Source: Octopus vulgaris (taxonomy: Eukaryota). Taken from it: a stretch of DNA of 64,000 bases. Made by a program: the position numbers and the translations under genes. Under the pieces are notes generated by a model. It saw nothing but the letters and a program-made list of their open reading frames with translations, searched no databases and had not been told where the DNA came from. Below, one piece after another: positions 12,311 to 26,050 of the stretch. Each line of letters begins with the position of its first letter. Position 1 is the first letter of the stretch. Location: NCBI GenBank assembly GCA_951406725.2, contig OX597817.1:123690001-123754000 (forward strand), in the 5' to 3' direction.

Positions 12311-13905
12311 AGGAGGAGGAGGAGGAGGGGGGAGGGGAGATCTTACTGCAGAAGTTTAATATCAGCATTACAATACATGTGTGCGCATGTGTTGCTATAC
12401 TTTAGGGGATAGAATCATATTTGAATGTTTCTCAGGTAATGGCAACAATGAACTGTTTGGATGTGATTATTTTGGTGCATTCTTTGTTGATATATTTGTA
12501 AGCAGAGTTCTGAGTGTGCGTGCATATTTTAGTCTCTAAAATGTGTGTGTGTGTGTGTGTGTGAGTTAGTTTTCTGCAAGTATCTTGGGAGCATACAGTT
12601 GTATTGTATATAAAAGATGCATTTATAGTTTTGAAATTACACTAATCATTTCAATTAACAAAAACAATAAAAACCAATCAGATTGTTTAAATGCTCAACA
12701 TTAGAATTATTTGAACTCAACTGATATTGAGAAGAAAGTGTCAATTTAAGCCAAAAGGAAAACTTTCATTACTTCCTGTGAGGTGAAAAATACTATGAAA
12801 TTCTAGGAAAGAGATTTTTAGTTCCACAAATGACATTGTGAGTGATAAATATTTATTTGCTGAATCAGAATCATTCAAAGATACTCAGATACAAATCTAA
12901 ATCTTTGAAAATATTTTATATTAGATTTGCTCACATAAACGTCTTTTTCATCACTGGATATCTTTGAAGACTAGAAAATAGATTTTGTTGCAAAGCTAAG
13001 AAATTATTGTATTCCGTCATCTTGTCTAAACTAAATAATGTAATCAGCAGGTAATACTGAAATTTGATAAAGAAATTTGAAGAACTTCTGAGAAGCTCTC
13101 TATCATTGACTAAACTAATCAGCGTAAGACTTTGTGAAGATTCTAGTTCACTGGAAATATTGCTCTGAGGACTTTTCACTTAATTCAAGACTAAATCTAC
13201 AAATGCAAGCATCCGATTGCTATATTCTAACCATCTTTTACTCATTGAATTCTGATTAATAAATTTTCAAGACTTGATAAAGAAGATATTGTTTGGGAAG
13301 GTGCTGTTTTGTGAATCTTTCATTATCATTTAATGTAAAGGTGGTGGTTTCATGAGAACTTACCACCAAAATTACAGCTGTTGTAAGTTCTAAACAAACT
13401 GTGTCAGTGATCTGGTATTGATTTCTTGTCAAAACCATCTTAGTTGTATTGCACTAATGCAATTTATAACAGTATGAGCATCAGAAAATTCCTATTTCCA
13501 GTTTCTAAATCTAGTACTTCAAGCTTGTATCAGAAATCCTTTATCATTTGTCCAGAATTTGCAGTGATGAAAATGCAGAAACAATAGAGCACTAGATTGA
13601 ATGCTTAGTGGTATTTAGTTTATCCTTGTAAACTCTGAACTAAAATCCACAAGGATTTAAACTTAGAGCTTACAAGCTTTAGAGTTTTCAGTTTAGACAT
13701 AGCTTGGCATCTCTCTCAAATTGATAAATAAATACCAAATATATAGCATGATTGATTGAATTCCACTGACTATATACATTTCCTTACAAAAGTGTAGTTT
13801 TATGGCTAAGTAAAATAAGTTATTATCTGATGGGCATAAGTAAATTTTATTAGTAATTTTCATGATGTTGTCAATGTCGTTAATGATGAGAATGATGGGA
13901 AAGAC

Positions 13906-13939
<34 letters not shown>

Positions 13940-14978
13940 GTGATGGTGGTGGTAGTTTTGGTGAAAGCAACCGTGATAGAAGCAACAGTGGTAATGTTTT
14001 CAGTGAGGAGCCTGAAACTCGTAACAGAATGTAAGTAATAAGGTGTACTTTCAGGAAGATGTGACTTCTATTTCTAGCAAACAAATCAATAACGCAGAGG
14101 CTTCTTCTTGTACATTCCAGTAATGGTTGATAAAAACAGAAAAGACTAAAGGGTCCTTTCAGCGTTACATACTTTCCCTTTATTCCTCAACCAGCTAACA
14201 GGATACATTAGGTGCATTTTATTATGAAACAAGCATACAACATATGACAAAATGGTCTTCACTGCTCAATGGCGTCATTGTTTGTTCTGGATGATGGCAT
14301 CAGTAGAGTGAATAGACAAAACCAAAAAAGCAGTTGCAAAGGAACTAGGGTAACATTGAAAAAAGTAATGCTTGAAGTAGGGGGTGGGAGAACATGGTGA
14401 TAGGGAAACAATAATGAAGTGAAGGATGACAGAAATGGTAGAGGGTTACTGAGAGTGAAATACTAATGGAAGCTACATGTCTGCTGGCAAGAGATGGTGG
14501 AGGGAGAAAATGGAGGTGGGATGAAGGAGAGGAAGGGGAGAGAGTACTGGATAGTTTTAGGAGTGGTTAAAGGCAAAAGAATTGGTTAGATGTCAACAAT
14601 GAGTGATATGTGAAGGAGAGAAAGGGAATTGGTAGCTTAATGTAGAAGAGGAGTGATGATTCTTTGTGGAAAAAAGAGAGAGAGAGAGTGAGAGTGTGTG
14701 TTTGTGTGTATGTGTGTACCTCTGTGTGTGTGTATGCCTCTGTGTGAGTATGTGTGTGTGTGTGACTGGTAATAAAGAGTAGAAAGGGAAAGGTGTACTG
14801 GATGCCACCAGTGATACAAGTATCCAGGAAGATGTCCTGTGAGTCATGCTAACATTGTTGTTGTTTACGTGTGTGCTCCAGCTCAAGTTGTTATAAATTT
14901 GATAAATGCCAAAACATGAAAATCTTGACCCTTAATTCAATCTATAATTTCTTCTGATTAGTAGAAAATATATATACA

Positions 14979-15377
14979 GGCGCAGGAGTGGCCGTGTGGT
15001 AAGTAGCTTGCTTACCAACCACATGGTTCTAGGTTCATTCCCACTGCATGGCACCTTGGGCAAGTGTCTTCTACTATAACCTCAGGCCAACCAAAGCCTT
15101 GTGAATGGATTTGGTAGACGGAAACTGAAAGAAGCCCGTTGTATATATATATGTATGTGTGTGTATATGTTTTTGTGTCTGTGTTTCTCCCCCCCAACAT
15201 TGCTTGACAACCGATGCTGGTGTATATACATCCCTATAACTTAGCGGTTCAGCATAAGAGACTGATAGAATAAGTACTAGGTTTACAAAGAATAAGTCCT
15301 GGGATCGATTTGCTCGACAAAAGGTGGTGCTCCAGCATGGCCACAGTCAAATGACTGAAACAAGTAAAAGAGTAAAG
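14979..15377 (+). mobile_element. tRNA-derived SINE family A (~400 bp, internal TA/TG microsatellite)
   Basis: GGCGCAGGAGTGGCCGTGTGGTAAG head, GGTTCA B-box-like, CORE-like CCTTGGGCAAG, tail GGTGCTCCAGCATGGCC...CTGAAACAAGTAAAAGAGTAAA. Confidence 0.9.
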
Positions 15378-16233
15378 GATTTTCATAAGTTACTGTAATA
15401 TATTTTGTATTTATTTTATATTGAAGTGTAAAATTTCTGTCTTCCACACATAAGGTTTGTCTTTTCAGGTGCTAATGCCACTTAAAAAGCATCTGTGTCA
15501 GTGCTGCTTTAATGCACTCATGATAATGACACGTAAAATGCACCCAACACATTCTGTTAAGTAGTTGATGTTAGGAAAGGGCATCCAGCTATAGAAACCA
15601 TGCCACAACAGATAGTTGTAGTCCAGACAGCTCTCTGCCAGCCAGTTTCACGTCAAATCATCCAACCCATGCCAGTATGGTGAGCAGATGTTGATGATGA
15701 TGATGGTGATGATGATAATGAAGATGAAGATGAGGATGATTGAAGTTATTGAAAATCTGAGTTGTTGGTCACAGGTTTTGTAACAGATCAGCCATGTAAT
15801 GATGGCATTTCTGATGGTGAAGATGACTAAGGTGTGCTGACTCAATACACAACCAATATCACAAGAGACTTCATTTGTAAAACACTGCACCTTTGATTTT
15901 CTCACTGACAATTGTCTCCTGCACCAATATACGTCAAGGAACATTCCAGATCTGGAAGAAAGGGTAGTGTCCATGGTCTTTGTAAACCCTTCCAGACCAA
16001 TGAGATCAATGTTATTTATGTTCTTTTTGCAGTAATGGAAATAGGAGGTTTGTGGCTTAGTGGTTAGGGTAGTCGACTCATGATCGTAAGATTGTGGTTT
16101 TGATTCCTGAATCTAGGCAATGCATTGTGTTCTTGAGCAAGATACTTCATTTCACATTGCTCCAGTCTACTTAGCTGGCAAAAATGAGTAATCTTATGAT
16201 GGACCACCATCCCATTCCATCCAGGTACTCTCT

Positions 16234-16638
16234 CTTACTCTTTTACTCTTTTACTTGTTTCAGTCATTTGACAGTGGCCATGCTGGAGCACCGCCTTTAC
16301 TCGAGCAGATCGACCCCAGGACATATTCTTTGTAAGCCTGGTACTTATTCTATCGGTCTCTTTTGCCAAACCACTAAGTTATGAGGATGTAGACATACCA
16401 CCATCGGTTGTCAAGCAATGTTAGGGGGACAAACACAGACACACAAACACACACATTTATATATACATATACATATATACGACGAGCTACTTTCAGTTTC
16501 TGTCTACCAAATCCACTCACAAGGCTTTGGTCGGCCTGAGGCTATAGTAGAAGACACTTGCCCAAAGTGCCATGCAGTGGGACTGAACACGGAACCATGT
16601 GGTTGGTAAGTAAGCTACTTACCACACAGCCACTCCTG
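16234..16638 (-). mobile_element. SINE family A, nested in a family C SINE
   Basis: Reverse complement of 14979-15377. The host SINE C continues on both sides (16045-16225 and 16640-16705). Confidence 0.88.
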
Positions 16639-16978
16639 GGAAATTATATGCCATTGAAACTGAGAAACTAGCCATTATGAGTCAACATGATTCAAGAGGG
16701 TACCTGGGTAGGTGGTGGTAATATTCCAGAAAGAAAGGTAAGTATCAGTTACACACAGGGGGTCAATGTAATCGACTTAATACCTATGTTTGTCGCCTCT
16801 GTGTTTAGCCCCTTGTGGGTAGTAAAGAAATAGGCTATAGCAAGATGTGGGACAGGACTGGAAACACCAAGATGATGAGAGGAGGTGAGGCAAATAGCCT
16901 GGAAATGCCTGGGTTGAGGTGACATGAACCTTTCTAGCTACAAAGAACAGAAGCTATTAAAATATCTATAGATATATA

Positions 16979-17382
16979 GGCGCAGGAGTGGCTGTGTGAT
17001 AAGTAGCTTGCTAACCAACCACATGGCTCCGGGTTCAGTCCCACTGCGTGGCATCTTGGGCAAGTGTCTTCTGCTATAGCCCCGGGCCGACCAATGCCTT
17101 GTGAGTGGATTTGGTAGATGGAAACTGAAAGAAGCCTGTCGTATATATGTATATATACATGTATGTGTGTGTGTTTGTGTGTCTGTGTTTGTCCCCCTAG
17201 CATTGCTTGACAACCGATGCTGGTGTGTTTACGTCCCCGTCACTTAGCGGTTCGGCTAAAGAGACCGATAGAATAAGTACTGGGCTTACAAAGAACAAGT
17301 CCTGGGGTCGATTTGCTCGACTAAAGGCGGTGCTCCAGCATGGCCGCAGTCAAATGACTAAAACAAGTAAAAGAGTAAAGAG
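16979..17382 (+). mobile_element. SINE family A (CpG-rich, probably young)
   Basis: Full-length match to the other family A copies. Confidence 0.9.
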
Positions 17383-17389
17383 ATAAGAC

Positions 17390-17690
17390 GGAGTCAGAAG
17401 ACAACATGGTGTGAATCAAATGTAGAAGCATGTCTGAGAGTAACATTATGCCAATCAGTATGGAGGCAGTCTTTTTGGATACATTCTGAGATGTCTAAAT
17501 ATTTTGCTACAACTCTGTTCCAGATGTGTGAACAATATTGTATCAGAGGCCTCACCTAAGCTTTGGAGAGGGTTTATAATTGTGGGAAACTGAAGAGAAT
17601 AGCTAATTGTTGGAATGCAGTCCTAGAGATATTAAAGATGTGATCCTCAGCCACAACAAGACATAATATTTGGAACAATTGTGAGTTTCC
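17390..17690 (-). mobile_element. Decayed CR1/Jockey-group RT C-terminal fragment
   Basis: Minus strand TLSKA*VRPLIQYCSHIW...LDISECIQ. Confidence 0.55.
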
Positions 17691-17708
17691 ATTCATGAGC
17701 TGGTCGTG

Positions 17709-17749
<41 letters not shown>

Positions 17750-17854
17750 TAATCTCTTTTTATAGACCTTATAACAATTAGAAATTCAAATATATGATTT
17801 ATTCAAGTTTTAAGTTATACAGTTTGGGAAGTTAATAGCAATGGAAAGATGATA

Positions 17855-17988
17855 AAGAAGAAGAAGAAGAAGAAGAAGAAGAAGAAGAAGAAGAAGAAGA
17901 AGAAGAAGAAGAAGAAGAAGAAGAAGAAGAAGAAGAAGAAGAAGAAGAAGAAGAAGAAGAAGAAGAAGAAGAAGAAGAAGAAGAAGAA
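17855..17988. repeat. Pure (GAA)n tract, about 44 units
   Basis: Direct reading. Confidence 0.98.
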
Positions 17989-18190
17989 TACCTAGTTGAG
18001 CTCCAAATAGAATGCCCGGTAGAGATCCTACAGAAAGTTTACCTCTTATGGACAGCAAGGACTATCAGGAAGGTTCGAAGCACTTGAAAAACAACTGTAA
18101 ACTTGTGGATAGCTAAGGTCACAGGTAGTAACTTGCTACTCACATAATCCCTGCCAGGAATAAGACCGAACATGATCTAAATTAAAATAA
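17985..18190 (+). mobile_element. R4/Dong-like LINE extreme 3' end
   Basis: EYLVELQIECPVEILQKVYLLWTARTIRKVRST* resembles the LQK..LLGTA.I.R terminus seen at 2032-2271. Confidence 0.6.
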
Positions 18191-18423
18191 TCTTTTCTAC
18201 TCTAGTCACAAGGCCTGAAATTGTTGGGGAGGGGCCAGTCGATTAGATCGACCCCAGTACACAACTGGTACTTAATTTATCAACCCAGAAAGGACAAAGT
18301 GCAAAGTCGACCTTGGCAGAATTTGAACTCAGAACATATAGATAGATGAATTTTGTAAAGACAGACGAAATACCACTAAGCATTTCGCCCGGCATGCTAA
18401 AGTTTCTGCCAGCTCGCCACCTT
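18190..18423 (-). mobile_element. tRNA-derived SINE family B (~220 bp)
   Basis: Family head AAGGYRGCGAGCTGGCAGAA, central GACTTTGCCTTTCATCCTTTCGGGGTCGATAAATTAAGTACCAG (Meta-domain-like), tail GGCCTTGTG...GTAGAAAAGA. Copies at 21398-21610(+), 25213-25400(-), 25422-25637(-), 26143-26360(+), 30890-31104(-). Confidence 0.85.
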
Positions 18424-18629
18424 CTCAAACTAAAATAAGGATAATAATAATATGGCTAATAGTATAATAATAAATTTCTGCGTAGTCTCAAGTTACTAAT
18501 TTCCACTTACAAAGTAACTTGTCCAAGGTGCCATGCAATAAGATCAAACATACTATATCTCCACCATAACTGGAACAGAATTGTCAAAATCAGTTAAACC
18601 CATACACAAATTATCTTCTGATATCTAGC

Positions 18630-19032
18630 CAGTGCTGGATTAACCACTAAACAAAATAAGCACATGATTAGGACTTATAGGGAAGTAGGGGGCACCACAG
18701 AAATGTTAAATGGTTTACAACACAAAAGAAATCACTTTAAACCTGCTGAAATAATATTCAGAATGCCTTTATCTCTACTAAGTATAGATGCAGATGTGTT
18801 ACCTAAGATTAATTTTGAGGATTTTGACGTTCTAATTCAAAAAAGTAGGCGGAAACTTTTCGAATATAAGTGGAAATATACAAAAGTAAACAACATTTTC
18901 CTTTTTACTGTTTTGTTTCATTCTGAAAAATAAAAATTTGTTATTGTTTATATTTTGAATTACATGATCTTTTATAGGGGTACCAAAATCTTTTAAGTGC
19001 TTAGGGCCTCGATGGATCTTAATCCGACCCTC
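18630..19032 (+). mobile_element. Non-autonomous hAT transposon retaining the transposase C-terminus
   Basis: TIRs CAGTGCTGGATTAA / TTAATCCGACCCTC. 8-bp TSD TATCTAGC (18622-18629) / TACCCAGC (19033-19040). LSLLSIDADVLPKINFEDF...KSRRKLF resembles the end of the hAT dimerization domain. Confidence 0.8.
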
Positions 19033-20012
19033 TACCCAGCTTTATTATTTTGCATTCTGTGTTGCCACCTAATCATTCCCAGGTCAGCTCTACCTTCTTT
19101 CCTTCCGAGATCAATAAAATATAAGTTAATCAAATCAACTTCTTTCTTGTACAAAACTTGTGACCTTGTGCATAGTTAAGAAATATTCATTATTGGTAAT
19201 GCATATATATTTTTTGCTATCTATAAATATATATCTACAAATATTTCTGTCAAGCACAAAAAATTTAAACAAACCTACTTAGAAATATCTATGACCTTGT
19301 GTCAGAGATCCTTATGTATAATTAACTATTTATAGGTAAGTGCAATTCATTTTCTAATATCTCAGCAAAAGAAATAACTTAAGAAAAAATATATAGAAAT
19401 GATAAAATATATATCACATGTTTGGTTTGTGTAATAAGTTATAATAAGGAAATAGTTTCCAGATATCCAATATAAATGTATTAAATCCATCCAGCTGTTG
19501 AAATGTATAACTAAATTTTCTTCCAATATCTCGCATTAATGAAAGCAAATCCATTTGCTTCAGATGAAGCAAGGTTAATATGCTGATATAAATATTGGCA
19601 AAACTGCTATAAAATAATGGGCTGATTTTATTCAATATTTTCTCTTCAAATGTTCTTTCTCAAAAATGCTGAAAAATACACACACCCACATGCATGCAGC
19701 ACCTACACACTCACATGCAAACACACACATGCATGCACACACACAATCACATGTACATCTATGTACACACATACACAGATAAACAAATAAACAAACACAC
19801 ACACACACACACACAATACACACACACACACACACACACACAGAGAAACTTGTTAGAATTTATACTAATCAAAGATGCATACACACTTAAACAAATCATT
19901 TAAGAGTTAAAATGTGCAACTCGAGAAGTCCATAATAATAATACTAATAATAATAATGATGATACTAATATTGAAAATAAGAATAATAATAATAACAAAA
20001 ATAATGATGATG

Positions 20013-20066
<54 letters not shown>

Positions 20067-20551
20067 GTAATAATAATAATGATAATAATAATTAATGTTG
20101 TTGTTCCTGAGCTAATTAATCCTAAATTACCTCAAGCATTTTAGTTAATGGACTGCAATAGGTTAATGCTTGATATTTCCAATATCATTTATAAATCAAA
20201 CTCATTCATACACATATTTCCACTCATTAACTCATACACAGGTGCTTATGCACCTATAAGCACAAGTATGCACTAATAATGTAATTTAAGAAAATTTAAT
20301 TTACATACGCATACATCTATCTTTCTGGTTATCTATGTATCTATTGATCTAGCAATCTATCTACCTATCTACCTAACCACCTTCTTACCTTTGTACCTAT
20401 ACAGACACATATACAAATGTTTTAGACATATATTCATATACACACACAAATAGATACACACCTGCACATATAAATAAATATATATACATTCATATTTATA
20501 TGTATATGTATATATATGTGTGTGTGTATATATATATACATATATATTTAT

Positions 20552-20582
<31 letters not shown>

Positions 20583-20889
20583 AATGGATAGATACATACA
20601 TATATACGTACATACATGCATACATACATACATACATACATACATACATACATACAAACATAGACAGACAGGTAGACAGAGGTAGATGTAGATATAGATA
20701 TGGATACACAAAATATAAACAGATGCATGCACATGTGAGAACATGAGGGAAAAACAAGGTAAAGAAAATTGTACCTTAATATCAAAGTAGAGGCAAATAT
20801 AGTGTTTTATTGTAGCTGAAAAGGTTCACAAATATATCATTGTTTACTAATACAATGTGAGATGACTTGGAAGGCAATGGAAATGGAAA

Positions 20890-21300
20890 ATACCTCTAAA
20901 TACAATGTAAAGTATCTAGCAGCTACCCACTTTCTCAATAAAAGAAGTAATCTATAGAGCTAAAGTTTAGGTGGTTAATAGTGCTATATATTAAACATAT
21001 CAGAACCACAGAAGCACGATGGGACCCTACTGGTACAGAGAATGTTTTAAATAACCAGAGACTAGATCCTCAGTGAGTTTATCCAAACATATATGGCAAC
21101 TGAAAGATGTTGGTACAACCCCTTTCAAAATCGATTGGTTGACCTTAGAGACAACAAATCCATACAAATATGAGTCTTACCACCATTTCATGAAGTGTGC
21201 ATTATGTTTGAGAGAGAATCCCTTTATCCTGCTTCTGGACAAGTTGGCCTTAACCTGAAAATCTAAATTGTTTCAATTTTGCAGACATTCTTCCATATTT
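20890..21300 (+). pseudogene. Decayed PLE-type GIY-YIG endonuclease fragment
   Basis: EVIYRAKV...YIRTTEARW...SLSKHIWQLKD...IDW...PYKY...CALCLRE...CRH, read across frameshifts. Confidence 0.7.
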
Positions 21301-22193
21301 GGTTTTCAGTCTCTACACTTAAACCAAACCATTGATGCTCATCACTATTTCTCCCAACCACATATTGTAACAGATTTTAAAATTATTCTGAGTATGAAGG
21401 CAGCGAGCTGGCAGAATCATTAGCATGCTGGATGAAAAGCTTCACAGCAGTTTGTCTTTATGTTCTGAGTTCAAATTCTACTGAGGTCGACTTTACCTTT
21501 CATCATTTTGGGGCCAAAAAATTTAAGTACCAATGAAACACTGGAGTTGATGTAATTGACTAGTCCCTTCCCACAAAATTTCAGGCTTTGTGCCTAATGT
21601 AGAAAGGATCATTATTCTGAATATGTTCGTGATAGTCATACTTTTAATTGACTCCTTATAATCATCGCATTTAAGTCTCAGACAATATTTTTGGGGGGTT
21701 TTTATATAGCTTTTCATCGTTAATGTTTTAGGTTATACATATGGTTCTTTTACTTAGAAGAGTTTTAATTATTAGTCCTATTCGAAATTATTGTGCCAAC
21801 TTTGATTATTTTCCTTGTTCTCATACACTGTTTATCCACAATTTGTTTTCATTAACCACTTAAGTAAAATACATCTTTAGAGCACTTTATATAATTTCTC
21901 TATCTAATGTATACTTTCTAATTGCTTCTAGTTCCCTCTTATCTTATGTATAAATACCTATATATATACTAAATCCAAGCAGTCAATGTAACTAATAGTG
22001 TGTTAGGTCTTAGTACACATATTCTTTTCCAACATTACATTTTCATCTTTCTCCTCTTTCCTTTCTTTTACCCTATTTGCTGAAAAAGTATTTCCATTTT
22101 CTACTTCTGACTTTAGGAATTGCACCACACAAGAGATAAAATAAAAACAATTAATGGCACATTTTACATACAAAGTAAAATAAAATAGACAAT

Positions 22194-22781
22194 GGCACAG
22201 GTGTGACTGTGTGGTAAGAAGCTTGCTTCACAACCACATGGTTCCAGGTTCAGTCCCACAGTGTGGCACATTTGACAAGTGCCTTCTACTATATCCTCGA
22301 GCTGACCAAAGCCTTGTGAGTGGATTTGGTAGACAGAAACTGAAAGAACCCAATTATATACATATATATGTAACTACACGTGGACTGTTTGTGATTTTTC
22401 TCCTCTGTCTTTCTTTTCTTTTGGACTTTCCTATGTCTCCTGTTTCCAAGAAAGAGCTTTGCTCAAAATGTAAAACAACCACTCTTTCCTTCCTTCTCTG
22501 AGCGTCTTATTAATACTTTACATGTACTATGTTCTTGTGTTGATTTTTCTTGCTTTTTTTCTTCACTTTTTTATTAACTATGAATATATATATACGTGTG
22601 TGTGTGTGTGTATGTATATATATATATGTATGAATATATAGGAAGGGCATCCAGCTGTAGAAACACTGCCAGATCTGACTGGCCTGGTGCAGCCTTCGGG
22701 CTTCCCAGACCTCAGTTGAACCGTCCAACCCATGCTAGCATGGAAAGCGGACGTTAAACGATGATGATGATGATGATGATG

Positions 22782-22812
<31 letters not shown>

Positions 22813-23090
22813 CATACATATATATAAATATGTAAATACATACATATATGTATGTATGTATGCATAAACATCTATGTGTGTGTGTCTTTGTGTCTGTGTT
22901 TGTACCCACCACTGCTTGAGAACTGGTGTTGATGTGTTTGATTCCCATAACTTGGTGGTTTGGCAAAAGAGACCCATAGAATAAGTGCCTGGCTTAAATA
23001 AATATAAGTACTGGGTCGATTCATTCAACTAAAACTTCAAGGTGGTGCCCCAGCATGGTCACAGTCGATTGACTGAAACAAGTAAGAGAT
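22194..23090 (+). mobile_element. SINE family A split by two nested insertions
   Basis: 5' half at 22194-22350 and 3' half at 22885-23090. Between them lie a PLE pLTR-like piece and an RTE 3' UTR. Confidence 0.8.
22365..22582 (+). mobile_element. PLE pseudo-LTR-like fragment with decayed hammerhead
   Basis: TGTTT-CCAAGAAA-GAGC-TTT-GCTC-AAAA-TGTA-AAACA at 22441-22476. Stems I and II intact, core mutated. Confidence 0.5.
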
Positions 23091-23359
23091 AAATGATAAT
23101 GGTTTAATGTTAAAAAGGTAGAAAATAATATTGAAGACCATCATTTACCTTTTATTATAATATTTGTGTATAACAAAATAAATAATAACTTGACTTTTAA
23201 AACTTCAAGCATTAGTAAGGATTTGATTTTATAAAGCCCATAAATTTTAAAATATATATGTCATACCTAGATACCCTTGGCAGCACACTGTTTAAAAGCC
23301 GGAGCTCTAGGTTGTCTCTATTCCTAGGAATGAATGCCAGGTTCTTTGGGAATATTATA

Positions 23360-23800
23360 AGTTCCTTTCAAGTGTTGAATCTCATGGAAACAAAGTGGCT
23401 GAGTTCTTTTCAAGCATTGGACCTCACAGAGGCAAAGTGGCCAAGTTCCTTTCAAGCACTGGACCTCACAGAGACAAAGTGGTGGAGTCCCTTTGAAGTG
23501 TTTGGCCTCACAGAAGCAATGATCAAGACTTTTGGCATTATGTTGTGCATAAGAAGAAGGCATATCAAGCCAAGAAAAATCGCTGTCATGACAGATATCA
23601 GTATCATGCAAAGGGCACCCAGAGTGATTGGTATTAGGAAGGGCATCCAGCCATAGAAAACCATGCCAAATCAAACAGAAGTCTGGTGCAGCCTTCCAGC
23701 TTACCAGCCCTGGAAAAACCATCCAACCTATGCTAGCATGGACAATGGACATTAAATTACAACAACAACAACAACGACGATGATGATGATGATGATTGCA
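23360..23800 (+). mobile_element. RTE LINE 3' end with four 42-bp tandem repeats
   Basis: Unit AGTTCCTTTCAAGCATTGGACCTCACAGAGGCAAAGTGGCCA x4 (23360-23520), then GLTEAM, a GGAAGGGCATCCAG UTR and (GAT)n. Confidence 0.7.
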
Positions 23801-25157
23801 TGTCATCCTATCTTAGGGTTGGTATGTCTATAATCAATCTACTTAATGCCATGAATTAAGTTCTGGCTTTTAAAAGCTGGTTTTAAATTTTAGAGGCATT
23901 GTTATACCTTATTTAGAACTAATTAGACTGAAATAAACCAGTAACAGCATAGTGTCTTGGTCATGAACATAACTCAATATCTGTAATAGGAGATGAAGTG
24001 TAGGCCCTATCTTAGTTACTCAACCAACTGAAAATCTTGATATCTGGGTATGTAAAGAGTAAATAGTTCTTAGGTGTTCTTCTGAAACATAATTTTCTGC
24101 TTTTAGTCAAGAATCTCTATCAAATTAAGCATAAATTTTGTCTCGTAATTCAATTAACCAACATTTTAGGATGACAATTTTATAGATTGGCATAAGCAAC
24201 AAATTTACATTGTCGATTGAATTACTCCTTGTATTTCTCTGGTATTTATTTAATCAATGGCTAGAAGGACAAATTGAAGTCTACACTAACTTGTTTTAAA
24301 CTCAGAACATAAAGAGAGAATACAAAATAATGTTAGTTGTCAACATTGTTCATGTTGTTGATGAAATTATTGTCTGACCTCAGGTCAGCTCTGAGTGAGC
24401 AATCTTCTTTTTCTTTTTGTTTCTTCAATATAGTATATCTATGACTGCATTATAGGAGGTATAATTTTCTTAAAGATAATAGGCCATAATTTGAGAAATA
24501 TTTAGTTGCTATTTCCAGTATGTCAAAGAGCAGCAAAAAGGTTTCCATATTGATTTGTAATACTGCTGGTTGTAGTTATTTAAACCACAACTCATTTCTG
24601 ATCAAGCAAGCATAATCAAAAGCTTCCCAACCAAGCCCATACCTTCTTTAAGTCTCTTTTCGAAGATATCATCTAATAAGAACTATATTATCTTGCTTGT
24701 ACTTACTCTTTATTAAGGCAGAAGAGAATGATTTAAGTAATACTTAGCTGCTGTTTTTATCAGGGAAAGTGACTGCATTAAAGACTCACAGCAAATAGAT
24801 TATCCTTTCTGCCATTCAACAATCATTTGTAATGCAGAAACGTAATGACTAAGGAATTATAAAAAAAGTTGATTTCTCACATTCAGACAACAATATTTGA
24901 TGTTTAACAATTGCTTTTTTTGAGCTTGAAATTATCATAGTTGTCTGGTGAATAAGTTTACAGTATCCAGTCAGTTTTCTCCTTTTTGCTTGATATTTTT
25001 CTTTTCTTTTTTTTTCAGTTTGTCATTTAAAAGAAGTTCTAAGGTTTCTTTCAGCTAAATGAAGCAAATAATTAAGTAAACCAAAATAACAACAAAAACG
25101 CTACTACTGCTGCTGTTGTTAGTACTACTACTGCTGCTGCTAATGCTGCTGCTGCTG

Positions 25158-25190
<33 letters not shown>

Positions 25191-25720
25191 ACAACAACAA
25201 CAACAAAAATAATCCTTTCTATTATGGGCACAAGGCCTGAAATTTTGGTGGGAGCGGGGCTAATTGATTATGCTGACTCCAGTGCATAACTGGTACTTAT
25301 TTCATTGATGCCGAAAGGATGAAAGGCAAAGTTAACCTCAGTAAAATGCTGTTAAGCATTATGCCCACCATGATAATGATTTTGGGAGCTTACTGCCTTC
25401 ATAATAATAATAACAATAATAATCGTTTCTACTAAAAGCACAAAGCCTGAAATTTGGTGGAGATGGGACTAGTTGATTACATCAACCCCAGTGTTTCACT
25501 GGTACTTAATTTATCAACCCAGACAGGATGAAAGGCAAAGTTGACCTCGGCAGAATTTAAACTCAGAACGTAGCAATAGGCGAAATACCACTAAGCATTT
25601 TGCCCAGCATACTAATGATTTTGCAGCACACCACCTTTATAATAATAATGATGATGATGATGATGATGATGATAAATGCTGTAACAGCAACATGCGATTC
25701 AATGGTAACACAGTATGATA

Positions 25721-26050
25721 ACAATTGTAGTGTGGAAGGTGTTTATAAGCCATTTAAGAAACACACGAAAACCATTAGATTCACTTCAACATTTAAATTT
25801 AATCTGCCAAAATAATTTTGTCACTTTGAGACCTGTTCACTGACAAAATTCCGTGCTGCAGAATTTCGTCAGTGAACAGGCCGTGGTCTCAAAGCTACGA
25901 AAATATTTTGGCAGATTAAATTTAAATGCTGAAGAGAATCTAACAGTTTTTGTGTGTTTCTTAAATGGCTTATAAACACACCTTCCTCACTACAATTGTT
26001 CTCCTTCCAGCAGATCTCAGATCAAGTCACTTGCTATGCAAGTACATTGT
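25721..26050. mobile_element. Foldback element with hammerhead-like arms (G3:C8 core)
   Basis: Inverted repeat 25720-26000 plus a ~50-bp unpaired tail. TSD AGTATGATA at 25712-25720 and 26051-26059. Confidence 0.75.

Noticed and set aside
14979-15055. tRNA gene
   Set aside because: A and B boxes are the head of a multi-copy SINE, with no complete cloverleaf.
23360-23520. CRISPR-like array
   Set aside because: Head-to-tail repeats without unique spacers, inside a eukaryotic LINE.
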